Positions 17,774 to 29,015 of a stretch of DNA of 64,000 nucleotides are shown here, in pieces. The notes beneath the pieces are model-generated. The model was not told the origin of the DNA, searched no databases, and was given only the letters and a program-made list of their open reading frames with translations. The first letter of the stretch is position 1. Every line of letters starts with the position of its first letter. The translations under genes were made by a program, and so were the position numbers. Origin of the DNA: Flavobacteriales bacterium (GTDB lineage Bacteria; Bacteroidota; Bacteroidia; Flavobacteriales; JASBRU01); NCBI GenBank assembly GCA_030149285.1, contig JASBRU010000004.1, positions 114,997 to 178,996 of the forward strand. The letters run 5' to 3'.

Positions 17774-18254
17774 GCCTTACGCGGCATTATTGGCTTTTTT
17801 ATTCATCTTTTTAGTGAGCTGTGGTAACAATACTGTTTACGAAGAGTATGTAACTATTGAAAAAAGCGGTTGGGAAAAATTTAAGCCGGTTGTATTTGAG
17901 ATAAATGCACCCGATACAATTAGCTCATACGACTTGTTTGTACATGTAAGAAACAACAATAATTACCCATACAGCAATTTATACTTACTGAATACCGTTG
18001 AATTTCCGGACGGGTATACTATTACCGATACCTTAAACTATTTGTTAGCCCAACCAAATGGAAAATGGGTGGGAAAAGGAGTAGGAGCCTTAAAAAGCAA
18101 TAAATTTAGCTTTAGGGCAACCTCATTAGTATTTCCTGAAAAAGGAATTTATAAATTTACATTTTGGCAAGCCATGCGCCAAGATACATTAGAAGGTATT
18201 GAAGACATGGGATTGAGCATAGAAAAAGCTATAACCGATGGCGAAAACAACTAA
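17754..18254 (+). CDS. gldH: gliding motility lipoprotein GldH
   Basis: Lipobox FLVSC; VRNNN.YPYSNLYL, DTL.Y.LA.P.GKW.G.G, QAMR...L.GI.D.G; start moved to ATG 17754. Confidence 0.9.
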   Translation: MLKNHHKPYAALLAFLFIFLVSCGNNTVYEEYVTIEKSGWEKFKPVVFEINAPDTISSYDLFVHVRNNNNYPYSNLYLLNTVEFPDGYTITDTLNYLLAQPNGKWVGKGVGALKSNKFSFRATSLVFPEKGIYKFTFWQAMRQDTLEGIEDMGLSIEKAITDGENN

Positions 18255-20550
18255 ACCAAAAAAGACCTCTTTTAAAAAACTCATCCGTTGGTTTTGGATA
18301 CTGGTATTTGCCGGTCTCGGAAGCTTTGCCCTACTTATTTTTGCAGCTGCAATGGGCTGGTTAGGCAAGCTCCCTTCTATTGAAGAATTAGAAAACCCTA
18401 AAAGTAATTTAGCTTCACAAATCATCTCTTCAGATGACATGGTATTGGGTAAGTTTTTTGCGCAAAACCGTACGCATGTTGAGTATGAAGAGCTTTCTCC
18501 CTATTTAATTAATGCCCTTGTGGCTACAGAAGATGAACGTTATTACTCACACTCAGGTGTAGATGTTGAAGCGCTTGTGAGAGCTGTTGCAAAAATGGGA
18601 AGCGCCGGTGGTGGTAGTACGATCTCTCAGCAATTGGCAAAAATGCTTTTTCATGATCCTGCTCAAAGTAAGTTTGCTAGACTTAGTCAAAAAGTAAAAG
18701 AATGGGTAATCTCCGTTCAACTAGAAAGAAAATATACCAAAGAAGAAATTATTGCGATGTATTTCAACCGCTTTGATTTTTTAAATCTTGCTGTAGGGGT
18801 GCAATCTGCTTCTACTATATACTTTAGTAAAAAACCTGCCGATTTAGAAATACATGAAGCCGCTATGTTGGTTGGGATGGCAAAAAACCCTTCTTTATAC
18901 AACCCTTTACGAAATGCTGAAGGAACTAGGGGTAGAAGAAATATTGTGTTTTTACAAATGGAACGAAATGAGGTGATTACTCGAGCAGAAAGAGACTCAT
19001 TGAGAGAGTTGCCATTGGGCTTAGAGTACAACCCTGCCAGCCATAATACAGGTACCGCTACTTACTTTAGAGAAGAGCTACGTAGTTTTATGAAAGACTG
19101 GGTCTCTAAAAACAAAAAAGCTGATGGTACTGAGTACAACATCTACACAGATGGATTAAAAATATACACCACAGTAGACTTTAAAATGCAAAAGTATGCC
19201 GAAGAAGCAATGGAAGAACATATGGCTAACCTGCAACGAGTATTCTTTTTGAAAGAAGAAGGCAGGAAAACAGCCCCTTTTCATGGAATTAATCAAGACC
19301 GTATTGATAGACTACTAACTGCCGCTAAAAAAAGAAGCGGCATGTACAGAAGCCTGAAAAGAGCAGGCATGTCTAAAGACTCTATAGATATTGTGTTTAA
19401 TACCCCTAAAGAGATGACTGTTTTCTCTTGGAAAGGAGATATTGATACAACAATGAGCCCCATGGACTCTATCCGTTATTACAAATACTTTTTACAAACG
19501 GGTTTTATGGCTATGGAGCCACAAACAGGCTATATAAAGGCTTGGGTTGGTGGTATAAATTATCGTCATTTTCAGTATGACCATGTAAAAACAGGGCAAA
19601 GACAAGTAGGTTCTACCTTTAAGCCTTTTGTATACGCCACGGCTATGAGACAGTTACATCTATCGCCATGCTATGAGGTGGCCGATGTACAAACCTGTAT
19701 AGAAAAAGGACAATTTGATTTATTAAAAGACTGGTGCCCTAAAAACTCTGATGGTAAATATGGTGGAGTATTAACACTAAAAGAGGCTCTCGGACGCTCA
19801 AAAAATACAGTAACTACTTATTTAATGAAACAGGTAGGGCCGGAACCTGTTAGTCAATTAGCAAAGGAAATGGGTGTAAAAAGCGATATCCCTATTCAGC
19901 CTGCCATTGCCTTAGGCACACCCGATTTAACGGTATACGAAATGGTAGGAGCCTACGGAACATTTGCCAATAAGGGAGTATATACCGAACCCATAATGGT
20001 TACCCGTATAGAAGATAAAAACGGAGTAGTGTTGGCAGAATTTACACCGGACTCTAAAGATGTAATGAGCGAAGAGCAAGCATATGTTTTACTGGACTTA
20101 TTACAAGGTGTAACAACTTCTGGAGGTTCTGGCGCACGCTTAAGAAGTCGTGGAGGTAGTTATCTCAATGATGTAGTAACTGGTTTCCCTTATGCGTTTG
20201 ATTATAGTACTCAAATAGCAGGTAAAACAGGTACAACGCAAGACAACAGTGATGGCTGGTTTATGGGCGTAGTACCCAACCTAGTAGCAGGTGCTTGGGT
20301 AGGTGGTGAAGACAGAGATATTCATTTTAGTGGTATATATTACGGTCAAGGAGCAACAATGGCATTACCTATTTGGGCACTATTTATGAAAAAAGTATAT
20401 GCCGATGGCAAGCTTGGGGTAACCCCAACAGATAAATTTGAAAAACCGGTTGAGAAACTAAGCATAGAGCTTGACTGTGAAAAATATAAACAGCAAAACA
20501 CTGGCAACCCTTTCAACGAATCTAGTCCGGAAGGGATGTTTAATGACTAA
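18238..20550 (+). CDS. mrcA: penicillin-binding protein 1A (transglycosylase/transpeptidase)
   Basis: [32 protein letters not shown] motifs. Confidence 0.92.
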   Translation: MAKTTKPKKTSFKKLIRWFWILVFAGLGSFALLIFAAAMGWLGKLPSIEELENPKSNLASQIISSDDMVLGKFFAQNRTHVEYEELSPYLINALVATEDERYYSHSGVDVEALVRAVAKMGSAGGGSTISQQLAKMLFHDPAQSKFARLSQKVKEWVISVQLERKYTKEEIIAMYFNRFDFLNLAVGVQSASTIYFSKKPADLEIHEAAMLVGMAKNPSLYNPLRNAEGTRGRRNIVFLQMERNEVITRAERDSLRELPLGLEYNPASHNTGTATYFREELRSFMKDWVSKNKKADGTEYNIYTDGLKIYTTVDFKMQKYAEEAMEEHMANLQRVFFLKEEGRKTAPFHGINQDRIDRLLTAAKKRSGMYRSLKRAGMSKDSIDIVFNTPKEMTVFSWKGDIDTTMSPMDSIRYYKYFLQTGFMAMEPQTGYIKAWVGGINYRHFQYDHVKTGQRQVGSTFKPFVYATAMRQLHLSPCYEVADVQTCIEKGQFDLLKDWCPKNSDGKYGGVLTLKEALGRSKNTVTTYLMKQVGPEPVSQLAKEMGVKSDIPIQPAIALGTPDLTVYEMVGAYGTFANKGVYTEPIMVTRIEDKNGVVLAEFTPDSKDVMSEEQAYVLLDLLQGVTTSGGSGARLRSRGGSYLNDVVTGFPYAFDYSTQIAGKTGTTQDNSDGWFMGVVPNLVAGAWVGGEDRDIHFSGIYYGQGATMALPIWALFMKKVYADGKLGVTPTDKFEKPVEKLSIELDCEKYKQQNTGNPFNESSPEGMFND

Positions 20551-20555
20551 AAAAT

Positions 20556-21254
20556 ATGATTAACAAAGTAGTTGCAAACGCAGAAGAAGGCATTGCCGGC
20601 GTAAAAGACAATATGACTTTTATGTTGGGAGGCTTTGGTTTATCAGGTATTCCTGAGAATGCTATTTCTGCTCTTCAAAAAATAGGTATTAAAGGATTGA
20701 CTTGTATTTCTAACAATGCCGGAGTAGATGATTTTGGCTTGGGTTTATTATTACAAGGTCATCAAATCAAAAAAATGATTTCTTCTTACGTAGGAGAAAA
20801 TGATGAATTTGAGCGCCAAATGCTAAGCGGTGAACTAGAGGTAGATTTAATACCACAAGGAACCTTAGCAGAACGTTGTCGTGCTGCAGGAGCAGGTATC
20901 CCTGCCTTTTTTACACCTGCAGGTTATGGTACTGAAGTAGCGGAGGGCAAAGAAGTAAGAATTTTTAACGGTAAGCCACACATTTTAGAACATGCTTTTG
21001 AAGCAGATTATGCATTTGTAAAAGCATGGAAAGGTGATGAAGCCGGAAACCTCATATTTAAAGGTACTGCACGTAACTTTAACCCGCTAATGGCAATGGC
21101 AGGTAAAATTACAGTTGCTGAAGTAGAAGAGCTAGTACCCGCAGGAGAGTTACACCCCAATGAAATACATACGCCGGGTATTTTTGTGCAACGTATTTTT
21201 AAAGGCACTAACTACGAGAAAAGAATAGAACAACGAACTGTAAGACAACGATAA
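20556..21254 (+). CDS. scoA: 3-oxoacid CoA-transferase subunit A
   Basis: [33 protein letters not shown]. Confidence 0.93.
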   Translation: MINKVVANAEEGIAGVKDNMTFMLGGFGLSGIPENAISALQKIGIKGLTCISNNAGVDDFGLGLLLQGHQIKKMISSYVGENDEFERQMLSGELEVDLIPQGTLAERCRAAGAGIPAFFTPAGYGTEVAEGKEVRIFNGKPHILEHAFEADYAFVKAWKGDEAGNLIFKGTARNFNPLMAMAGKITVAEVEELVPAGELHPNEIHTPGIFVQRIFKGTNYEKRIEQRTVRQR

Positions 21255-21255
21255 T

Positions 21256-21912
21256 ATGGCTTTAGATAAAAATGGTATTGCACAGCGCATTGCTCAAGAA
21301 ATGCAAGACGGTTATTATGTAAACCTAGGAATTGGTATCCCTACTTTGGTGGCAAACTATATTCCGCAAGGCATTAGCGTTGAATTTCAATCGGAAAACG
21401 GAATATTAGGCATGGGACCTTTCCCATTTGAAGGAGAAGAGGATCCGGATTTAATAAATGCCGGAAAACAAACAATTACAGCCCTCCCAGGTGCTGCTTT
21501 TTTTGACTCTGCAATGAGCTTTGGAATGATTAGAGGGCAGCATGTACACATGACCGTTTTAGGAGCTATGGAAGTAGCAGAAAACGGAGACATTGCCAAC
21601 TGGAAAATACCGGGCAAAATGGTAAAAGGTATGGGTGGCGCTATGGATTTAGTGGCCTCTGCAGACAATATTATTGTTGCCATGATGCACACCAATAGAG
21701 CAGGAGAATCTAAACTATTACCAGAATGCACATTACCACTTACAGGCGTTGGTGTAGTGAGAAAAGTAGTTACAGATTTAGCCGTTATGGATGTAACTCC
21801 GGATGGTTTTAAACTACTAGAACGCGCACCCGGTGTAAGCGTAGAAGAAATTAAAAATGCAACCGCAGGTAGATTAATTGTTGAGGGCGACATACCTGAG
21901 ATGAAACTCTAG
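21256..21912 (+). CDS. scoB: 3-oxoacid CoA-transferase subunit B
   Basis: VNLGIGIPTLVAN, QSENG (catalytic Glu), GMGGAMDL. Confidence 0.93.
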   Translation: MALDKNGIAQRIAQEMQDGYYVNLGIGIPTLVANYIPQGISVEFQSENGILGMGPFPFEGEEDPDLINAGKQTITALPGAAFFDSAMSFGMIRGQHVHMTVLGAMEVAENGDIANWKIPGKMVKGMGGAMDLVASADNIIVAMMHTNRAGESKLLPECTLPLTGVGVVRKVVTDLAVMDVTPDGFKLLERAPGVSVEEIKNATAGRLIVEGDIPEMKL

Positions 21913-21913
21913 T

Positions 21914-23290
21914 ATGGGGCGCTTGTGGCAAAAATATAGCCTTTCGCAGTGGGCATTTATTTTCATTGCCACATTAGTTATCGGTTACACTTTTTGGTTT
22001 AAGTATTGGAACGAGAAAAAAGTAATAGAATGGGATATACAGATCTATTATTCATACCTCCCCGCCTTATTTGAGCATCACGATTTATCCTTTCATTTTG
22101 TACGAGAATTACCCGCCGGGCATCCGTTAAACCATGGTATTGCTAATGATGGCTTAGGGCATGATTACCCGAAAATGAGTATGGGTATGGCTTATATGTA
22201 CGCTCCTTTTTATGGCTTGGCAACTGTTTATGCAAAAGCATTTGGCTACCCCACAGATGGCTATTCTACACCTTACAGGATGTTTATTATACTTAGTGCT
22301 ATTGCATATTTTTTACCCGGACTATACTTTTTTAGGCGCGTATTACTCAACTATTTCTCTGAAGCAGTTACGGCCACTACAATGATTGTAATTGTTTTGG
22401 GTACTAACCTGTTTTACTACACTTCTTCTACAGGAAACCCTATGTCTCATGCGTATACTTTTGCGTTGGTCAGCGCATTTTTGTTTTTCTCTATTAGATG
22501 GACTGATAAAAAGACTTTTCTCAATACCGCCTTACTAGGCTTACTTGGGGGCTTAATTACTCTAATACGGCCCGTAAACATTATTGTGTTTCTCTTTCCT
22601 TTACTAATTGGCATAACATCCTTTAATGACTTTTGGTATCGAATTAAAGACCTAGCCATTAATCATAAAAAGACTATCCTATTAATTGCTTTTGGTAGCT
22701 TTTTAGTCATCTTCCCGCAACTTATTTTTTGGAAATGGAATGTGGGCAAGTGGATAGTTTACTCATACGGAGAAGAAGGCTTCTTTTTTGCAGATCCAAA
22801 AATTATAGACGGCTTACTTAGTTATCGTAAAGGCTGGTTAGTTTACTCTCCCTTAATGGTTACCTTTTTTGTAGGGTTATACTTCTTGTATAAAAAATAC
22901 CGCAAGCTGTTTTTACCTGTACTTATTACCTCTTTCCTTTTTATGTACATCATTTTTAGCTGGTGGTGTTGGTGGTATGGAGGTAGTTTTGGTGCTAGAC
23001 CAATGATAGATATCTTGCCTATTGTAGGTTTATCTGTAGCTGCATTTTTTGATTTTATTTACACCAAAAAAATAAAAGTTATTGCTAGTACTGCCGCCAT
23101 TACAATTTTATTGGTGCTTTACAGTTTATTTAATGACTATCAGTACAGACTGACGCTTATTCATTGGGATGGAATGACAAAAGAGGCTTATTGGGAAGTA
23201 TTTTTAAAAACTCATTTCCCTGATAATCTTGAGCAAGCTATTTCTGTACCGGATTACAATAGTGCAATTGACAATAAAGAAGACTACTAA
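21914..23290 (+). CDS. multi-TM GT-C fold glycosyltransferase-like membrane protein
   Basis: D...YYSYLP, GTNLFYY, MSH, L.LIRP.N, W..WWYGGSFG.R; about 10 TM helices. Confidence 0.65.
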   Translation: MGRLWQKYSLSQWAFIFIATLVIGYTFWFKYWNEKKVIEWDIQIYYSYLPALFEHHDLSFHFVRELPAGHPLNHGIANDGLGHDYPKMSMGMAYMYAPFYGLATVYAKAFGYPTDGYSTPYRMFIILSAIAYFLPGLYFFRRVLLNYFSEAVTATTMIVIVLGTNLFYYTSSTGNPMSHAYTFALVSAFLFFSIRWTDKKTFLNTALLGLLGGLITLIRPVNIIVFLFPLLIGITSFNDFWYRIKDLAINHKKTILLIAFGSFLVIFPQLIFWKWNVGKWIVYSYGEEGFFFADPKIIDGLLSYRKGWLVYSPLMVTFFVGLYFLYKKYRKLFLPVLITSFLFMYIIFSWWCWWYGGSFGARPMIDILPIVGLSVAAFFDFIYTKKIKVIASTAAITILLVLYSLFNDYQYRLTLIHWDGMTKEAYWEVFLKTHFPDNLEQAISVPDYNSAIDNKEDY

Positions 23291-23293
23291 GCA

Positions 23294-24742
23294 GTGCAGC
23301 TAAAAAAAGCAGAATCATATTATCCTTATGTAATTGGTGTATTGGCCTTGCTAATGTTCCTATTTAAACTTGGCACCAGACCGCTACAACTTTGGGATGA
23401 GTCTCGATTGGCTATTAATGCCTATGAAATGGTTCAGTCTGGTAATTTTTGGGTTACCACTTATTTATTTGAACCTGATTTATGGAACACCAAACCCCCT
23501 TTATTGATATGGTTAATGGCGGGTAGTATAAAGCTATTTGGGTATTCAGAGTTTGCCTTAAGGTTGCCTTCTGCCATAGCAGCAATAGCTTTGGCTTTTA
23601 GTATTTACTGGTTTTGTAAAAAACACCTCAAAAATGCTACTGTAGGATTTCTTTCTAGTTTAGTGCTTATCAGTAGTTATGGATTCACCCGCGACCATGT
23701 TGCTTTTTCTGCAGATTATGATGCCTTACTTTGTTTATGGCTATTCTTATATAGCATTCAGCTTTTTATGTATTACAGAACCGGCCTGCTGAAGCATGCA
23801 TTGTTGTTTGGCTTATTCTTGTTTCTTGCCGGTATGACCAAAGGTATAGCAGGTTACTTATTACTCCCTCCTATAGTTCTATTCGGCCTTAGCAAAAAAG
23901 AATACTTAAGAAGGTTGTTTGCAGGTAAACTTATCGTCTCTACAATCTTTTCTTTAGCGGCAATTATTGGTTATTATTTCTTGCGAGAATCTTTCAGCGA
24001 AGGCTATATAGAAGCCATTAAAAACAACGAGCTTGGAGGCCGTTTTAATGAAGCATTAGAAGGGCATGCTCACCCATTTTATTTTTATTTAAGGCATATA
24101 GCACAACAAGGCTTTGTACCATGGTTATATGTTCTACCCTTTGTTCTATTCTTAACGTTTAAGTCTAAGCACATGGGGGTTAAGCAATTTAGTGCTTACT
24201 CTTTACTTGCAATGCTTGTATACCTACTCATTATCTCTATAGCAAATACAAAGCTACGTTGGTATGACGCTCCTATTTACCCCTTTTTAGCCATACCCGT
24301 TGGGGTAGGCTTGTATGAGTTTTTACAACTCAAGTTTAGCACTAAAACAGTTCGTGTTTCTATACTATCAGTAGTAATGGTTTTTTCAGTAGGTATGGTC
24401 TTTGGCAAAAATAAGTTTGCTAAAAAATATACTCCGGAACGCAGGGTTGATGAAGAGCGATATGCCGAGTTCTACCAATATTTAGTAGACAGTGGCAAAG
24501 ATATTGAGAACGATTACCAAGCTGTGAGTACCTACTATAATGGCGCTAAGATTTATTACAACTACATCTTTGGAGTCAATCAAGTATGGATCAGTAAAAT
24601 TGACACTTCTAAGCCCGTACTTACCTGCCACGGATGGGAAATTGAGATGATAGAAAAAGAAGGATATGCAGTAAAAATAATTGAAGATTTAAACCAACGT
24701 TGCTTTGTTTGCGAAGTAAAAAAGAAAAAAGCAACAGATTAA
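23294..24742 (+). CDS. ArnT/PMT-like (GT83/GT39) glycosyltransferase
   Basis: WDESR.A.NA.EM, KPPL..W, E.ALRLPS, TKG; multi-TM. Confidence 0.85.
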   Translation: MQLKKAESYYPYVIGVLALLMFLFKLGTRPLQLWDESRLAINAYEMVQSGNFWVTTYLFEPDLWNTKPPLLIWLMAGSIKLFGYSEFALRLPSAIAAIALAFSIYWFCKKHLKNATVGFLSSLVLISSYGFTRDHVAFSADYDALLCLWLFLYSIQLFMYYRTGLLKHALLFGLFLFLAGMTKGIAGYLLLPPIVLFGLSKKEYLRRLFAGKLIVSTIFSLAAIIGYYFLRESFSEGYIEAIKNNELGGRFNEALEGHAHPFYFYLRHIAQQGFVPWLYVLPFVLFLTFKSKHMGVKQFSAYSLLAMLVYLLIISIANTKLRWYDAPIYPFLAIPVGVGLYEFLQLKFSTKTVRVSILSVVMVFSVGMVFGKNKFAKKYTPERRVDEERYAEFYQYLVDSGKDIENDYQAVSTYYNGAKIYYNYIFGVNQVWISKIDTSKPVLTCHGWEIEMIEKEGYAVKIIEDLNQRCFVCEVKKKKATD

Positions 24743-26469
24743 ACCAATATTGCCTCTCCCTTAGGTATTGCTTCAATTAGGTGCTTGGTATATTCTTTTT
24801 TAGGGTGATTATATACCTCATCAGCTAAACCGCTTTCCTCAATTTTACCTTTATTCATCACTATCATTCTATCTGACATAAACTTAACTACAGATAAGTC
24901 ATGTGAGATGAAAATATAAGTTAAGCCAAATTCTTCTTTCAGCTCGTTTAAGAGGTTTAAAACTTGTGCTTGAACCGATACATCTAATGCCGAAACGGAT
25001 TCGTCTGCAATGATAAATTCGGGCTCTAAAGCCAAGGCTCTAGCAATACCTATACGTTGCCTTTGTCCACCTGAAAACTCATGAGGATACCTGTTGTAAA
25101 AATCTCCACTCAGGCCTACTCTTTCCAGTAGTGCCTTTACTTTTTCTTTATGCTGGGTTTTAGTGCCGGATATATTATGTACCAGCATTGGCTCAACAAT
25201 AGCCTCTCCAATTGTAAGTCTTGGGTTTAAGGATGAATAAGGGTCTTGAAAAATAATCTGGATTTCTTTTCTTAATTTTCTAAGCTCCTCTCCTTCTAAC
25301 TGAGCAATGTCTTGCCCTTTGTAAATAATTTCTCCTGCTGTTGGTTTGTTCAGCCTTAATATGGTTCTACTCAATGTGGTTTTCCCGCAACCTGACTCTC
25401 CTACCAGACCCATAGTTTCTCCCGGAAACACATTAAAGTTTACTGTATCAACAGCTTTTACATATTCTTTAACCTTACTAAATATGCCTTTTTGTATTGG
25501 GAAATAGGTTTGTAAATCATTTACGTGTAATAATGGCTCTTGAGCAAATAATAATTTTTGCCTTGCTGATGTATCGCTATCATTTAATTTCCATTGATTG
25601 TGATAGGCTTTCATCTCTAAACTTTCGTCATTCAAAAAATCAGCAACTGTTGGCAGTTTTTTCAACCTATAATTTAAGGGTGGTCTACAAGCCAATAAGC
25701 CTTTTGTATAAGGGTGTTGTGGGTTATTAAATAGCTGTTTGGCTGTGCCTTGCTCTACAATATCTCCTTTATACATTACCACTACTTTATCTGCAATTTC
25801 TGCAACTACACCTAAATCATGTGTAATAAAAATCAGCCCCATACCATATTCTTGTTGCAAATTTTTGAGTAGTTGCAATATGGTTTTTTGCACCGTTACA
25901 TCCAGTGCTGTTGTGGGCTCATCTGCTATCAAAACTCTAGGGTTACAGCTGATAGCCATCGCTATCATTACACGTTGTTTTTGCCCTCCTGATAATTGAT
26001 GCGGGTAAGAAGTATAAATATCTTGTGGTCTGGGAAGCTCTACCTTCTTAAAAAGTTCTATTACTTGTTTTTTTGCCTCTTTTACAGAACACTTTTTATG
26101 TAACTGTATAATTTCTGCAACTTGATCTCCGCACTTATGTACGGGGTTTAAAGAGGTCATGGGTTCTTGAAATATCATTGCAATATCATTGCCTCGATAT
26201 TTTTGCATTTCTTTCTCTGATAACTTAGTTAAGTCTACCTCAATTCCTTCACTTTTTTTGTAAATAATTTCTCCCGAAGAAACTTTGCCTACTGCTGGTA
26301 ACAAACCCATTATAGATAATGATGTTACTGACTTGCCAGAGCCTGACTCTCCAACTATACCTACTGTTTCTCCTTCAGCTACATCAAAGCTAACGCCCTT
26401 TATAGCAGTAGTAACTTCTTTACCAGTGGTAAATGTTGTAACTAAGTTTTTTATCTGTAGTAAGTTCAT
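24739..26469 (-). CDS. fused dipeptide/oligopeptide ABC transporter ATP-binding protein
   Basis: Two NBDs: GESGSGKS/GESGCGKT, YPH.LSGGQ.QR, ADE; no permease genes adjacent. Confidence 0.92.
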   Translation of the reverse strand: MNLLQIKNLVTTFTTGKEVTTAIKGVSFDVAEGETVGIVGESGSGKSVTSLSIMGLLPAVGKVSSGEIIYKKSEGIEVDLTKLSEKEMQKYRGNDIAMIFQEPMTSLNPVHKCGDQVAEIIQLHKKCSVKEAKKQVIELFKKVELPRPQDIYTSYPHQLSGGQKQRVMIAMAISCNPRVLIADEPTTALDVTVQKTILQLLKNLQQEYGMGLIFITHDLGVVAEIADKVVVMYKGDIVEQGTAKQLFNNPQHPYTKGLLACRPPLNYRLKKLPTVADFLNDESLEMKAYHNQWKLNDSDTSARQKLLFAQEPLLHVNDLQTYFPIQKGIFSKVKEYVKAVDTVNFNVFPGETMGLVGESGCGKTTLSRTILRLNKPTAGEIIYKGQDIAQLEGEELRKLRKEIQIIFQDPYSSLNPRLTIGEAIVEPMLVHNISGTKTQHKEKVKALLERVGLSGDFYNRYPHEFSGGQRQRIGIARALALEPEFIIADESVSALDVSVQAQVLNLLNELKEEFGLTYIFISHDLSVVKFMSDRMIVMNKGKIEESGLADEVYNHPKKEYTKHLIEAIPKGEAILV

Positions 26470-26506
26470 TACCTATTGTTATGCTTGTCTCAAATATATT
26501 ACAAAT

Positions 26507-26539
26507 AAAAAAGGTGTTACTACTTATGCAATAACACCT
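26507..26539 (-). terminator. Rho-independent terminator after the 26561-27067 gene
   Basis: AGGTGTTA...TAACACCT stem with T-tract on the minus strand. Confidence 0.65.
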
Positions 26540-26560
26540 CTAGTACATTTTGTTTTACGG

Positions 26561-27067
26561 CTATTCCATAATACATTTAAGGTTATCCATAAGATAGTTG
26601 GGCTTCTCTACTTCTATAGTAGTATAAAAATCCCCTCTCAACCTTATATTGCTAATAGGAGACTCTAGAAGCTTTTTTATTTCCTTCTTTTTTAAACCCT
26701 TAGTAATAAAAATTACCCTAAAGTCACATTCAATATCAGTGCTGCCCGATTTAAGCTCTAATACTTCCCCATTCTCTAATTTAATTTGAATTTCTGAGTC
26801 TTCAATAAAGCAGACTACTTCTTCCTCTGCTCGAAAAATTACCATTATCTTGACATCGTCTTCCGTTTTATATACTGAAAGGCTCAGTTTCCCCCTATAA
26901 GAACTCCCTATTCTTTCTATTTTTGTAGTTATACTTTTTCTACCACTAAACTCATCCACATTCTCTTCTAAGTTGCAGTCCGGTTTACCTGCCTCTGTTG
27001 TTGTTTGTGCATATGAAATTGAAAGTGTGAATATTGCTAATAGAAGAGTAATCGTAAATTTTTTCAT
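26561..27067 (-). CDS. secreted hypothetical protein
   Basis: MKK signal peptide; ..VDEF.G...I.T N-terminal pattern. Confidence 0.75.
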   Translation of the reverse strand: MKKFTITLLLAIFTLSISYAQTTTEAGKPDCNLEENVDEFSGRKSITTKIERIGSSYRGKLSLSVYKTEDDVKIMVIFRAEEEVVCFIEDSEIQIKLENGEVLELKSGSTDIECDFRVIFITKGLKKKEIKKLLESPISNIRLRGDFYTTIEVEKPNYLMDNLKCIME

Positions 27068-27146
27068 GGTATGATTTTTATTTATCCCTACAATTGTAAA
27101 GAATTCAAACTATTTAACAAATGATTTTTACCAAAAAGAATGCCAA

Positions 27147-27863
27147 TTAGCTATGTACATTTTCAGGTTTAATAATAGCCTGTCCCTTATACTTCAATAG
27201 TAACTGTGCTACCGTAAGTGTATCTTTTTGGCAATACTCTACAATCCTGGGTAAGTTTTTTTCTTTCCAATACACCTCAGCAACTTGGCTTCCATCTATA
27301 TCATCTTTTGGGGTTGGAATATTAAATATTGCTGCTAATAATTTTAGTGATGTATAGTTTTTCCAGTCACCAAACTTCCACAGCTCCATGGTGTCTAAAT
27401 GCTGAATTTCCCATGGCTTTTTGCCTGCTATATTTAATAATTTAGGAAGTCTTATTCCATTCACCAACATTCTTCTGGCAATTACCGGAAAATCAAATTC
27501 TTTGCCATTGTGTGCGCAAAGTAAATGGTTTGGGCTACTATAATGGCTCTCTAAAAGCTCAGCAAACTCAATTAATAAGTCCTGCTCATTATCACCATAA
27601 AAAGATTTTAAACGAAAGCCTTTCAACCCTCTTTCTTCCTCTGTAATAAAGCCTACTGATATGCATATAATTTTAGAGAACTCAGCCATAATACCTGCGC
27701 GTTTAGCATAAAACTCAGCGGCAGTTTCATCGCCTCTTTGGTATTGGGTTTTATCATCCCACAGGTATTGCATTTCGTCTGATAAGCCTTCAAAATCTGC
27801 GCTTTGGGGTACGGTTTCTATATCTAAAAAAAGTATGTTACTTAACTTAATGCCTTCAAGCAT
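27147..27863 (-). CDS. PolB-like 3'-5' exonuclease family protein
   Basis: LDIETVP, HNGKEFDFP, KPWE, YC..D (DEDDy). Confidence 0.9.
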   Translation of the reverse strand: MLEGIKLSNILFLDIETVPQSADFEGLSDEMQYLWDDKTQYQRGDETAAEFYAKRAGIMAEFSKIICISVGFITEEERGLKGFRLKSFYGDNEQDLLIEFAELLESHYSSPNHLLCAHNGKEFDFPVIARRMLVNGIRLPKLLNIAGKKPWEIQHLDTMELWKFGDWKNYTSLKLLAAIFNIPTPKDDIDGSQVAEVYWKEKNLPRIVEYCQKDTLTVAQLLLKYKGQAIIKPENVHS

Positions 27864-29004
27864 CGGGGAACATTTTTAAGGTTTCTTGTACAATTAAATG
27901 GGTGTCATTGTAATGCTTGCCATCACTAGAAACATCAGAATGCTTACCTAAGCGCACTACAATCATATCTTTCTCAGGGAACACAATAACATACTGCCCT
28001 AAGTGCCCTCGTGCATAAAATATAGGGGTTTCATAACCCTCAATTATCCACCAATGCAAGCCATAGTAACCAGCTAAGCCTTGTGATATTGTAGAGCCTC
28101 TCACATAGTATTCCGGCACAATTTGCTTTCCATTCCAGTTGCCATCATTTAGGTATAGTTTACCTAAACGTGCAAAGTCTCTGGCATTAGAGTTGAAGCA
28201 GCAATAGGGTTTCTCCATACCTCCTTCTTTATCCAAAGTCCATTTGGCATCATGTTTTGCGCCAATGGGTTTCCATAGTTTTTCAGAGGCGTATTCACTT
28301 AAAGTCATACCGGTAGCTTCTTCTAATATCAAGCCTAGTATTGCTGTATTACCACTTAAGTATTTAAAGCGTTGGCCTGGTCTTTCTTTTAGTTTCAGTC
28401 CTCGTATAATTTCTTCTAAATGATCTCCATAATAAGCCTCAGCGGTGATTGATAATGGTCCGGTATAACTCTCTTCCCAATCTAAGCCTGAGCCCATAGC
28501 TAATAAGGATTTGATTGTCAATTCTTCTTGAAACTCTAGCTCTTTAAACTCCGGTATAAAGTCACTGGCAGGTTGTAATATGTTTTTGATTTTACCTTCT
28601 TCTAAGGCAATCCCAACCAAAATACTTACAATACTTTTTGCCATTGAAAAGGAGTTAGATGCAGAGTCTGCATTATATCCATCCCAATATTGCTCATATT
28701 GTATACTATCATTTTTAATTACCAGAAAGGCAACTGCTTCTAATCTCTCTAAATCGGTTGTAAGGTTTTCGGGGAGCTTCGTTGCGTTATAATCTTTTGC
28801 AACATTCCACGGCTGGTAATTGCCTGCTTCTACGGTTCTTGTATCAAAAAACTGCGCATCATCAATGGTAGCGGTTTTTTCGCCACGCATATAAGTAAGC
28901 TCAACACCTTTATATAAATACGTTTTATCAAAGATGACAATCAATAGATTTAGCAAAATAATTATTGCTAAAAGGGCTAGTAAAAACCGTTTAATAAACT
29001 TCAT
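27856..29004 (-). CDS. serine hydrolase (class C beta-lactamase/NylB-like)
   Basis: FSMAKS, F.Y.SG.T, ARDFARLG.LYL..G.W.G, G..GQY. Confidence 0.88.
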   Translation of the reverse strand: MKFIKRFLLALLAIIILLNLLIVIFDKTYLYKGVELTYMRGEKTATIDDAQFFDTRTVEAGNYQPWNVAKDYNATKLPENLTTDLERLEAVAFLVIKNDSIQYEQYWDGYNADSASNSFSMAKSIVSILVGIALEEGKIKNILQPASDFIPEFKELEFQEELTIKSLLAMGSGLDWEESYTGPLSITAEAYYGDHLEEIIRGLKLKERPGQRFKYLSGNTAILGLILEEATGMTLSEYASEKLWKPIGAKHDAKWTLDKEGGMEKPYCCFNSNARDFARLGKLYLNDGNWNGKQIVPEYYVRGSTISQGLAGYYGLHWWIIEGYETPIFYARGHLGQYVIVFPEKDMIVVRLGKHSDVSSDGKHYNDTHLIVQETLKMFPDA

Positions 29005-29015
29005 AAAGGCCGTTT

